DNA of 64,000 bases from Pseudonocardiales bacterium (GTDB taxonomy: Bacteria; Actinomycetota; Actinomycetes; Mycobacteriales; Pseudonocardiaceae): NCBI GenBank assembly GCA_052390115.1, contig JBQTHE010000035.1, positions 13,088 to 77,087 of the forward strand. Reading direction: 5' to 3'. Shown piece by piece: positions 26,900 through 35,026 of this stretch (the first letter of the stretch is position 1; every line of letters begins with the position of its first letter). The position numbers and the translations under genes are program-made. The notes below the pieces were generated by a model. It was given only the letters and a program-made list of their open reading frames with translations, did not search any database and was not told where the DNA came from.

Positions 26900-29710
26900 G
26901 TGATCGCGGCCTGGCGCGGGTCCCCGACGCGGTTCCGGGAGGATGCCAACACCGAGTCCGACCTCGCTCTGCTTGGTTACGCAGACCGGTTGCTCGTCGA
27001 GCTGGCGCAGAACGCCGCCGACGCCGCGCAGCGTGCGGGGGTTGCGGGGTATCTCCGAGTCACCGTCGAGGAGGGCGAGCTGCGGGCCGCGAACACCGGG
27101 GCGCCGCTGGACTCAGCCGGGGTGGCCGCGCTGGCCGCGCTGCGCGCCTCGGCCAAACGGGAGGGCAGCAGCGTCGGCCGGTTCGGGGTGGGCTTCGCGG
27201 CGGTCCTCGGAGTCACCGACGAACCGTGGGTGGTCTCCCGCTCCGGCGGGGTGGCGTTCTCCGCGCAGCGCACCGCCCAAGCCGTCGCCTGCGACCCGGC
27301 GCTGGGTGCTGAGCTGCGGCGCCGCGGTGGCCGGCCCCCGGTGCTGCGGCTGGTGTGGCCCGCCGAAGGCGACCCGCCACCGGGGTTCGACACCGAGGTC
27401 CGGTTGCCGTTGCGCCCCGGGATCGAGCCGGACTCGCTGCTCACGGCGTTCGCCGACGAGGCCGGTGATCTGCTGCTGGCGTTGCCGTGGCTGCGCCGCA
27501 TCGACATCGGTGATCGGGCCCTGCGCCGCGAGGGTGCGGACCCGGTGCTGGTACACGACGGTCCCGGGCTGCGCAGGTGGCGAGTGGTGCGCCGGGCTGG
27601 GCTGCTGCCCACGGCCGCGCTGGCCGGGCTCGGCGCCGAGGCCAGGCCGGAATGGAGCCTGTGCTGGGCACTGCCGGTTGACCCAGACGGTGTCCCGGTA
27701 CCGCTGGCCGGTGAGGTGCTGCACGCACCCACCCCCACCGCAGAGCGGCTCACCCTGCCCGCCCGGCTGATCGGCACGGTGCCCGTCGACTCGTCGCGGC
27801 GGCATGTCCATCCCGGACCGGCCGCTGACCTGTTGTTGCACACCGCCGCGCAGGCGTACCCGGACCTGGCCGCTGCGCTGGCACCGGATCAGCGCACCGT
27901 GCTGGTGCCGGCACCCGGATTCCCGGCCGGGGAGATCGACGCTGCGCTGCGCGACGGGGTGCTCGCCGCGCTGCGCCAGGCCCGGTGGCTACCCGACGCT
28001 TCCGGCGGGCAGGCCGTTCCGGCAGAGGCCCTGGTGCTGGACGTGCCGTTGCCGAAGCTGGCTGAACTGCTCGCCGACGTCACACCCAAGCTGCTCGACG
28101 CCGAGCTGGCCGCACCCCGGCACGCCGCCGCGCTCGCCGCGCTCGGGGTGACCCGGTTGCGTCCGGCGGCCATCGCCGAGCTGTTGGCCGGGCTGGACCG
28201 GCCGCCGTCGTGGTGGCGGAGCTGTTACTCAGCGCTGGTGCCTCTGCTCGACGCCGATCCGGCGGCCCGCGAGGAGCTCGGCGCACTGCCGGTCCCGCTG
28301 GTCGACGGGCGCACCGTCACCGGTCCACGTGGGGTGCTGCTGGGCGCCGGCGGTGATGTCTCCGGTGCGGTAACCGGTGCCGTGACCGGGCAACTGCGGC
28401 TGGCGCACCCCGACGCCGTGCACCCACTGCTGGAGCGGCTCGGGGCCCGCCCGGTGGGGCCGGCGGAACTGCTGGACGCGCTGCGCCCCGCTGTCGAGCG
28501 CAGCGTCGATGACGCCGAAGACGGTGTCGACGTCACCGGTCTCGCCCGGGCGGCGCTGTCGCTAGCCGGCCAGATGGCCGGGCGGCTGGCTGAACCGGCC
28601 GGCGCCCGGCCCTGGCTGGGCGCGTTGGCGCTGCCCGACGACACCGGGCAACCGCGCCGCGCCGACGAGCTGGTGCTGCCCGGTGGAGCGTTGCGAGGGT
28701 TGCTCGCCCCGGACGCGCCGCTGGGCGTGCTGGACCCAGCCGTTGCCGCCGAACAACCCGCTGCGGCGCTGCGTGCGGTCGGGGTGCTGGATTCGTTCGC
28801 GGTGCTCGACGATCCCCACCCGCAGCGGCCGGACCATGATTTGGACGGCGAGGAGCTGTGGTGGGACCAGGCCGGTGGTGACCCGCCCACGCCGCTGCTC
28901 GCCGTCCGGGACCTGGACCTGGTCGACGACGGATGCTGGCCGGCTGCGCTGCGCCGGATCGCCGCCAATCCCGCAGGTCTTGCCGCGTTGCGCCAGCCCG
29001 GCGGTTACACCAGCTGGTGGCTGGCCCGGCACGCCCGGCTGGGCGGTCATCCGCCGCCGCACTGGAGGCTTGCCGGGGCTGTCGCGCTGGAGGGCCTCTA
29101 CGACGTGGTGCCGGTGTGCGACACCGGCGAGGCGTTGCTTGCCGCCGCCGGGGTGCGCACCGGGCTGAGCATCACCGAACCCGCCGACGCCGCCGACGTG
29201 CTGGCCCGGCTGGCCGACCCGGCCCGCGCGGTCACCCCCGCCACGGTGCACGCCGCGCATGCTGCGCTGGCCGGCGCCGACCTCGACCCGGCGGAGCTGG
29301 AGCCCCCGGCCCGGGTGCGGGCGGTGACCGGCGACGTGGTCGACGCCGAGGCGGCCATGGTGCTCGACGTGCCGTGGCTGGCCGCGGTGCTCCCGGTGGG
29401 ACAGCTGGTGTCCGGTGGCGACCCGAACACCCTGGCCGACCTGCTGGACCTGCCGCTGGCCTCGGAGCGGGTGACGCCCGAGCTGCTCGACGCCGGTGCC
29501 GGGGCAACCGTGCGGTGGGCCGAGCTGGTGGAGGTGGTCGCGGTATGCGCCGCCGCCGGTCTCGCCGTCCCGGAAGGGGAGCTGCGGCTGCACGAGCAGC
29601 TGCGGGTGCGTCACAGTGGTGCCGAGCATGCGGTGCCGTTCTGGGTTACCCCGGACGGAACGGTGCACGCCGCCGACCCCGTCCGGGCTGCCCTGTTCCT
29701 GCGCTCTTGA
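26900..29710 (+). CDS. Large GHKL/sacsin-like ATP-binding protein (conserved actinobacterial partner of DUF3027)
   Basis: N-terminal Bergerat-fold motif LLVELAQNAADAA ... GRFGVGFAAVL. 936 aa, Ala/Leu/Pro-rich. Confidence 0.7.
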   Translation: MIAAWRGSPTRFREDANTESDLALLGYADRLLVELAQNAADAAQRAGVAGYLRVTVEEGELRAANTGAPLDSAGVAALAALRASAKREGSSVGRFGVGFAAVLGVTDEPWVVSRSGGVAFSAQRTAQAVACDPALGAELRRRGGRPPVLRLVWPAEGDPPPGFDTEVRLPLRPGIEPDSLLTAFADEAGDLLLALPWLRRIDIGDRALRREGADPVLVHDGPGLRRWRVVRRAGLLPTAALAGLGAEARPEWSLCWALPVDPDGVPVPLAGEVLHAPTPTAERLTLPARLIGTVPVDSSRRHVHPGPAADLLLHTAAQAYPDLAAALAPDQRTVLVPAPGFPAGEIDAALRDGVLAALRQARWLPDASGGQAVPAEALVLDVPLPKLAELLADVTPKLLDAELAAPRHAAALAALGVTRLRPAAIAELLAGLDRPPSWWRSCYSALVPLLDADPAAREELGALPVPLVDGRTVTGPRGVLLGAGGDVSGAVTGAVTGQLRLAHPDAVHPLLERLGARPVGPAELLDALRPAVERSVDDAEDGVDVTGLARAALSLAGQMAGRLAEPAGARPWLGALALPDDTGQPRRADELVLPGGALRGLLAPDAPLGVLDPAVAAEQPAAALRAVGVLDSFAVLDDPHPQRPDHDLDGEELWWDQAGGDPPTPLLAVRDLDLVDDGCWPAALRRIAANPAGLAALRQPGGYTSWWLARHARLGGHPPPHWRLAGAVALEGLYDVVPVCDTGEALLAAAGVRTGLSITEPADAADVLARLADPARAVTPATVHAAHAALAGADLDPAELEPPARVRAVTGDVVDAEAAMVLDVPWLAAVLPVGQLVSGGDPNTLADLLDLPLASERVTPELLDAGAGATVRWAELVEVVAVCAAAGLAVPEGELRLHEQLRVRHSGAEHAVPFWVTPDGTVHAADPVRAALFLRS

Positions 29711-29976
29711 GTCGCACTGTGCTGCGATACTCAACCTAGGAACCATCTCTGCTACAACTTTTGAAGTGTTGCGGCAGCGCCGGCCTCATCGCTAACGTGA
29801 TACTCGGACTCGAACCATACGTCCTGCGCCGTGACTTTCCTATGCACACTGCCGTGCTTGGGCTCATGGCGACCGTGCACGGTGGCGTGATCGTCTCATT
29901 ACCAGCTGCCTGGCGGTGACCGGACTGACTGTTGGGCGGCCGAGTGAATGGTTCGTCCTGACGTAGGTAACTGGAG

Positions 29977-30993
29977 TTGACGGGGAAACCGGGCATGATA
30001 AACACAATGGCGTCACTGGATTTTGCGCTCGACGCGGCACGGACAAACACATACGCGGACAACCCGGGTGCCTTCTTGGCTATCAACGACGGAAACTCGT
30101 ACTTCACCGAGCCCGACCTACCTGGCGTCGTCGTCTACCGCACGGCGGGCAGCTTTCTGGTCCAGTTCGGTGGTCCGTTCGCATCAGTCGATTCCTACGT
30201 CGAGCTGTTGCGGGCGTTTCGCGGGTTCGCCCGTGGGCAGAACCGGAGGATTGTTGGCATCCAGCTACAACGTGTCGACGCGGAGATCTACGCACGTAAC
30301 GATTTCACGGTTAATCAGGTCGGTGCATCGTATGCGGTGGACCTGAACCGATTCTCGCTGCAGGGTACCCGGTTCATGCGGTTGCGCAACAAGATCGCGC
30401 GGGCGCACAAGGCCGGCCTTGTCGTGTGCGAGACCAGTCTCGACAAGTGGAATGACGCCATGCGCGCCCTGGACCAAGTGTGGCTGCGCAGCAAGGGCGA
30501 GCACGTCAAGCAGCTTGAGTTCCTGGTGGGCCAGTACGGCGATGAGATGCAGCAGCACCGGCGGCTGTTCGTCGGGATGATAGATGGCGACCTGGCCGGC
30601 TACATCTCGTACGCGCCGGTGTACGGCACCCGGCCCGGCTGGATGCACGATCTGAGCCGGCGCATCCCCGGCAAACTGCCGGGAATCATGGAGGCTATCA
30701 ACAAGGCGGCCATCGTGACTTTCGTCGGCGAGGGCGTCGACTGGCTGCACTTCGGTTTCACGCCGTTCACCGGCCTCGACGACGCTTTGGAAATACCTGG
30801 ACACAGCCGAGGATTCAACAAGCTTATGCACCTGCTGTGGCAGCACGGCGAGGCCGTCTACCCGGCCCGGACCCAGCTGGCCTACAAAGAGAAGTGGGCG
30901 CAGCACGTGGTACTTCCTGAGTACATCGCCTTCGACGGGCCCGCAGACATCGCAGGGTTCGTGCACGTTTTTCGGGCGGCAGGCGCTCTGTGA
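29977..30993 (+). CDS. Standalone DUF2156 / MprF C-terminal-type (LPG_synthase_C) aminoacyl-tRNA-dependent transferase; VlmA-like candidate
   Basis: No TM flippase domain. VVVYRTAGSFLVQFGGPFAS, FSLQGTRFMRLRNKIARAHKAGLVV, LDQVWLRSKGEHVKQLEFLVGQY, GYISYAPVYGTRPGWMHDLSRR, YPARTQLAYKEKWAQHVVLPEYIAF. Start could be 29977, 29995 or 30007. Confidence 0.7.
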   Translation: MTGKPGMINTMASLDFALDAARTNTYADNPGAFLAINDGNSYFTEPDLPGVVVYRTAGSFLVQFGGPFASVDSYVELLRAFRGFARGQNRRIVGIQLQRVDAEIYARNDFTVNQVGASYAVDLNRFSLQGTRFMRLRNKIARAHKAGLVVCETSLDKWNDAMRALDQVWLRSKGEHVKQLEFLVGQYGDEMQQHRRLFVGMIDGDLAGYISYAPVYGTRPGWMHDLSRRIPGKLPGIMEAINKAAIVTFVGEGVDWLHFGFTPFTGLDDALEIPGHSRGFNKLMHLLWQHGEAVYPARTQLAYKEKWAQHVVLPEYIAFDGPADIAGFVHVFRAAGAL

Positions 30994-31052
30994 GCCACGC
31001 CGCCCGTCCCACGAATCGCCCGCTCAATCGAAGAAGGAAGGTGGGGTAGCCC

Positions 31053-31262
31053 ATGCCCATGGACGTCGAGCACGACACGACCGGCAGCGGCCGCGAGCAC
31101 GTCGACCAGCCGCGAGACCAGGCAGGGCACCACATGCTGGAGATGTTCGCGGCCGTCTGCGCCGCACCGGATGATCCGGGGGTGGCCGACCGCGCCAACG
31201 AGGCATTGCGTGCGCTGGAGGCCCCTCCACCAGCGACGTCTGCCCACGGATCCTTGACGTAA
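31053..31262 (+). CDS. Small acidic hypothetical protein (69 aa)
   Basis: RBS aaggaagg upstream of the ATG; GC3-biased; no motif recognised. Confidence 0.35.
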   Translation: MPMDVEHDTTGSGREHVDQPRDQAGHHMLEMFAAVCAAPDDPGVADRANEALRALEAPPPATSAHGSLT

Positions 31263-31270
31263 CGAGGAAC

Positions 31271-31357
31271 ATGCTTATGCAAGGCAAACGCCTGCTCGCC
31301 ACCGGCGTCCTCAACGAGAAGCCGATCGCCTACACCGCTGCGGGGCTCGCCCGATGA
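31271..31357 (+). pseudogene. 28-codon remnant of an enoyl-ACP reductase (FabI/InhA-type) N-terminus
   Basis: MLMQGKRLLATGVLNEKPIAYTAAGLAR* resembles the FabI/InhA start (L.GKR.LVTG....SIA..IA). Its stop overlaps the ATG of the next gene (ATGA). Confidence 0.4.
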
Positions 31358-31812
31358 GACAGTTCGCGGGGCTGGTCGAGCTCGGCGAGGCCGTGGGTCA
31401 GAGCCTCGGTACCAGCGACTGGCACGGGATCACCCAGGAGATGGTGGACCGGTTCGCCGAGAACACCGGTGACCGTCAGTGGATTCACGTCGATCTGGAC
31501 CGTTGCGCGGCCGGGCCGTTCGGCGCTCCGGTGGCCCACGGGTACCTCACATTGGCAATGGTCCCTGGCCTGATGGCCGAGGTGTTCCGTGTCGACGGTG
31601 TTGGTCTGGTACTGAATAAGGAGTTGCGCAAACTACGATTTTTCTCCCCAGTGCGGGTGGGCGACCGGGTAAGAACCAGCGTGGACCTGATCTCGGCCCG
31701 GCCGCGCCCGCGCGACTACTGGGAAGCGAGCTTCCGAGTCACCGCGGAGATCGAAAATAATGAAGCCCCCGCATTCAGGGCCGAAACTGTGTTCCTCTAC
31801 CAGCAGAGCTAG
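31354..31812 (+). CDS. MaoC-like (R)-specific enoyl-CoA/ACP hydratase-dehydratase
   Basis: FAENTGDRQWIHVDLDRCAAGPFGAPVAHGYLTLAM (hot-dog hydratase motif). Confidence 0.8.
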   Translation: MRQFAGLVELGEAVGQSLGTSDWHGITQEMVDRFAENTGDRQWIHVDLDRCAAGPFGAPVAHGYLTLAMVPGLMAEVFRVDGVGLVLNKELRKLRFFSPVRVGDRVRTSVDLISARPRPRDYWEASFRVTAEIENNEAPAFRAETVFLYQQS

Positions 31813-31822
31813 TGAGTCGACG

Positions 31823-32692
31823 ATGAGCCCAGAACAGGTACCTGACTCGACCACTATCCGGCCGGGGGACGCCGACTCAACGACAGACCGAGGTAACCAG
31901 GAGAGAATCAGGTTCCTGTACCTCGGCGCGTTGGAGTGCTGGCTCGGTCGCCGGCCGGTGGAGATACGCGGCACCATCCAACGAACATTGCTGGCCGCGC
32001 TGCTTGCCGCCGGTTCCAAGCCGGTCTCGGTGGACGCGCTCGTTGAGGAGCTGTGGGGGGATAACCCACCGGCCAGGGCGGAGAATGCATTGCAGGCCCA
32101 CGTCAGCCGGTTGCGGAGAAAACTCCGCTGCGCCGGCGGCAATACCTCGGTCAGCTTGTCAAGCTTGCCATCAGGATACCGGCTGATGGTGTCCGAGGAG
32201 GACGTGGACGCGACCGCGTTCATGCGCGAACTCAACGACGGGCGTGGCCGGCCGAACACCGACGCCACCACGACCATCGCCAAGCTGCGTTCGGCGGTGG
32301 CGTTGTGGCGTGGTCCGGTGTTCGGCGGGCCACTTGGCGGTCCGATCTGCCAGGCCGCCGCCGCCAGGTACGAGGCCGCCCGGTCGGTCGCCGTTGAGCT
32401 GCTGTTCGACCTCGAGCTGGGGTGCGGCCGCCACACCGAGGTCATTCCGGAACTGAGTGAGTTGGTCGAGTCACCGTCGTTGAACGAACGGTTCTGCGAG
32501 CAGCTGATGGTCGCGCTGTACCGGTCCGGCCGGCAGACCGAGGCGCTGGAGGTGTACCGGCGGATGCGGATACGGCTCGACGCCGATCTCGGTGTCGAGC
32601 CCTCACCCACTCTGCGCAAGTACGAACGGGCGGTCCTGGTACATGATCCAGCGTTATGCACCGGCGCCAACTATGCCGTGTTGCGCGACTGA
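31823..32692 (+). CDS. SARP-family pathway regulator (OmpR-type winged helix plus BTAD)
   Basis: IRFLYLGALECWLGRRPVEIRGTIQRTLLAALLAAG, ALQAHVSRLRRKL, GYRLMV, LRSAVALWRGPVFGG, EQLMVALYRSGRQTEALEVYRRMRIRLDADLGVEPSPTL. Contains a TTA codon at 32654-32656. Confidence 0.85.
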   Translation: MSPEQVPDSTTIRPGDADSTTDRGNQERIRFLYLGALECWLGRRPVEIRGTIQRTLLAALLAAGSKPVSVDALVEELWGDNPPARAENALQAHVSRLRRKLRCAGGNTSVSLSSLPSGYRLMVSEEDVDATAFMRELNDGRGRPNTDATTTIAKLRSAVALWRGPVFGGPLGGPICQAAAARYEAARSVAVELLFDLELGCGRHTEVIPELSELVESPSLNERFCEQLMVALYRSGRQTEALEVYRRMRIRLDADLGVEPSPTLRKYERAVLVHDPALCTGANYAVLRD

Positions 32693-32717
32693 GTGTCACT
32701 GCGGTAGTACGTCGCGT

Positions 32718-33164
32718 CTACCGTAGCACCGCCTGTGACTGAGTGACCTGCGCGACCCGGCGGCGACCGCCGTCCGGGTCAACGCGGTACAGGTCGGTCT
32801 GCACCACGATCACGGTGCGTCCGCTGTGAAGCGGGTGGGCTACGGCGACCACCACGCCCTCTCGGACGGCCGCGAAGAAGTTCGTCTTCAGCTCGATCGT
32901 CGAAGTCGCCGTGCCCGGTGGCAGGTTGAGGTAGGCACACATGCCAGCCACCGAATCGGCGAGACTGACCAGGGCACCGCCGTGCAGCACACCGGCCGCG
33001 GTGCACAGTTCGGCCGACCAGGGCAGCCGGCCGACCACCTCTGCCGGGGTGGCCGTGTCGATCTCGATGCCGAGTGTGCGGGCGAGCGGCATCATGTCTA
33101 GCAGGGTCTGCGCGTCAGCCGCCACATTCGCCTCCGGATGGTGAACGGGTTCACAGCGCACCAC
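32718..33164 (-). CDS. PaaI/4HBT-type hot-dog thioesterase
   Basis: GVLHGGALVSLADSVAGMCAYLNLPPGTATSTIELKTNFFAAV. Its start overlaps the stop of the upstream thioesterase gene. Confidence 0.75.
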   Translation of the reverse strand: MVRCEPVHHPEANVAADAQTLLDMMPLARTLGIEIDTATPAEVVGRLPWSAELCTAAGVLHGGALVSLADSVAGMCAYLNLPPGTATSTIELKTNFFAAVREGVVVAVAHPLHSGRTVIVVQTDLYRVDPDGGRRRVAQVTQSQAVLR

Positions 33165-33948
33165 GGACCGACCAGGTCAGCGCTTTGTTCTCGGCCAGCA
33201 GCCGGTGCAGATGCCTGCAGAAGTCCGAGGTGACGGCGAGGGCGTGGCTGTCGATGAAGAAGTGGCCGCCAGGGTACTCGCTATGACCTAAGTACCGTGG
33301 GCTGCGGGAGACCCAGGCCGTCATTGCGTCCGGTTCCTCCATCAGCGGGTCGGACTTGCCGCCATAGGACACCAACGTGCAGGACACCGGGGTGCCGTCG
33401 TCGCGGTACTGAGCGGCCACCGACAGATCGGCCCGCAGCGCCGGGATGACCATCGCGAGCATCTCCGGATTGTCATAGATGGCCGCCGGGAACGAGCCGA
33501 GTTTCTTGATCCACCCCACCATCTCGGACTCGGGCATCTTGACCTGCTCCTCGGTGGGTGCGAAGAAGCCCTTCGGCGCCCAGCCGGACATCCCGATCAG
33601 GACTGGACCGTTGATCCCGTCCTCGTCCATCCGAACCGTGAGCCGGTAGGCCAACTGCGCACCGAGACAGTGTCCGAAGAATGCAAAAGGGCGATCGTCC
33701 AGTTCATCGAGCACGGCGTGATACAACGCGTCCAGCAACGGGTCCCAGTCCGCATAGGTCATTTCCTCGCGGCGGTGGTGCCGACCGGGCAGCGTGACGG
33801 CCTGCGGGGCGATGTCCGCCGGCATCAGGTCGCTCCACTCCCGGTAGATAATCGCCCCGCTGCCGGCGTGCGGAAACAGGAACAGCCGGGCCTCCGCAGT
33901 TGGGGAGGGCTCGATGGGCTCGAACCAATGGCAGGCTGGAACAGTCAT
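33151..33948 (-). CDS. Type II thioesterase-family alpha/beta hydrolase with Cys in the nucleophile position
   Basis: ARLFLFPHAGSGAIIYREW; nucleophile elbow FFGHCLGAQLAY (canonical GHSMG); C-terminal YPGGHFFI. ATG at 33948. Confidence 0.75.
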   Translation of the reverse strand: MTVPACHWFEPIEPSPTAEARLFLFPHAGSGAIIYREWSDLMPADIAPQAVTLPGRHHRREEMTYADWDPLLDALYHAVLDELDDRPFAFFGHCLGAQLAYRLTVRMDEDGINGPVLIGMSGWAPKGFFAPTEEQVKMPESEMVGWIKKLGSFPAAIYDNPEMLAMVIPALRADLSVAAQYRDDGTPVSCTLVSYGGKSDPLMEEPDAMTAWVSRSPRYLGHSEYPGGHFFIDSHALAVTSDFCRHLHRLLAENKALTWSVRGAL

Positions 33949-34015
33949 CCCGGTGGCAGTGTTACTGATCACGTCACGATCTCCTTCGACAGGTGAGCCC
34001 TGTGGTTGTGGTACG

Positions 34016-35014
34016 TCAGCTGAGTGCACGCAGCGCCGGTAGCACAAACTCGGCGATGTCCTTCAACTGCGGCTCGGGGTTCAGCGAGCCGATCCGGATG
34101 ACGATGTGCCGGACGCCGGCACGCACGTAGTCGGCCAGCCATTCGGCGGAGTGTTCGGCAGTACCCCACCAGTACGCCTGGATCGCCGACATCATGTCCA
34201 GCGAACGACCGTAGTAGTGCTGAATGTAGTGCTCCAGCTCGGCTCGGGCCGCGGCCTGGTCCTGGTTCACGGTGATCGTCGCGTACAGTCCGGCGGTCAC
34301 CGCGTCGGCCGGCCGGCCGGCCTCCTGGGCGTTGGCCAGGATCTGCTGCCACGCCTGCCGATAAGCCGAGGCGGAGGGCAGGAAGGGCAGCCAGCCGTCG
34401 TAGTGCCTGGCCACTCGGCGCAACACCTGCGGTGTGTCGCTACCAGCCAACCACAGCGGCGGGCCCCCGGGCCGCAGCGGCCGAGGCAGCCGGTCCAGAC
34501 CATCTGCCGTGCAGTACCGGCCGGTGAAGTCGGTCGGGGACCCGGGCTCGCCGCTATCCCAGGCCCGTCGCCACAGCGCGACGATCTCGTCTAACCGCCC
34601 GGCGCGACCGCGGAAGGACACGCCCACCGCCGCGAACTCCTCCTCGGTCTCCGGGATCGGGAAGCCGGAACCGAGGCCGAGCACCAGGCGCATACCTGCC
34701 ACGTGATCGAGACTGGCGATCATGTTGGCGCCGATCAGCGGGTGCCGCAGGGCAGGGGTCAGCGCCGCGGTGCCCAGGGTGATTCGATTGGTCACCGCGC
34801 CGGCCGCGGCGAGCACGACTATGGGGTCGAGGCGTGGCCGGGCTACCAGGGAGTCGCCGGTCCACAGCGAGTCGAAACCGAGCAGTTCGGCCTGTCGGGC
34901 GAAGTCGAGCAACGGCGAGGCCGCATGGGTTCCGATGATGGCCTGCTCCCTGGTCGGTAGCAGGACACCGATGCGTGGCGGTTCCTTGGGGGTGACCACG
35001 GTTGGTTCCTCCAC
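34016..35014 (-). CDS. Luciferase-like monooxygenase (LLM) family oxidoreductase, probably F420-dependent
   Basis: RIGVLLPTRE...GFDSLWTGDSLVARPRLDPIVVLAAAGAVTNRITLGTAALTPALRHPL...LVLGLGSG. Confidence 0.75.
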   Translation of the reverse strand: MEEPTVVTPKEPPRIGVLLPTREQAIIGTHAASPLLDFARQAELLGFDSLWTGDSLVARPRLDPIVVLAAAGAVTNRITLGTAALTPALRHPLIGANMIASLDHVAGMRLVLGLGSGFPIPETEEEFAAVGVSFRGRAGRLDEIVALWRRAWDSGEPGSPTDFTGRYCTADGLDRLPRPLRPGGPPLWLAGSDTPQVLRRVARHYDGWLPFLPSASAYRQAWQQILANAQEAGRPADAVTAGLYATITVNQDQAAARAELEHYIQHYYGRSLDMMSAIQAYWWGTAEHSAEWLADYVRAGVRHIVIRIGSLNPEPQLKDIAEFVLPALRALS

Positions 35015-35026
35015 GGTCTGGTCGAA

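Noticed and set aside
29790-29880. A possible second tRNA, or a tRNA 3' fragment (att site), at the left island border, based on GGTTCGAGTCC on the minus strand.
   Set aside because: The flanking bases cannot form a T stem (TATGG versus CCGAG) or an acceptor stem. Similarity to the 63.8-kb tRNA-like gene is limited to about 11 plus 7 nt. It is mentioned only as a weak echo in the junction finding.
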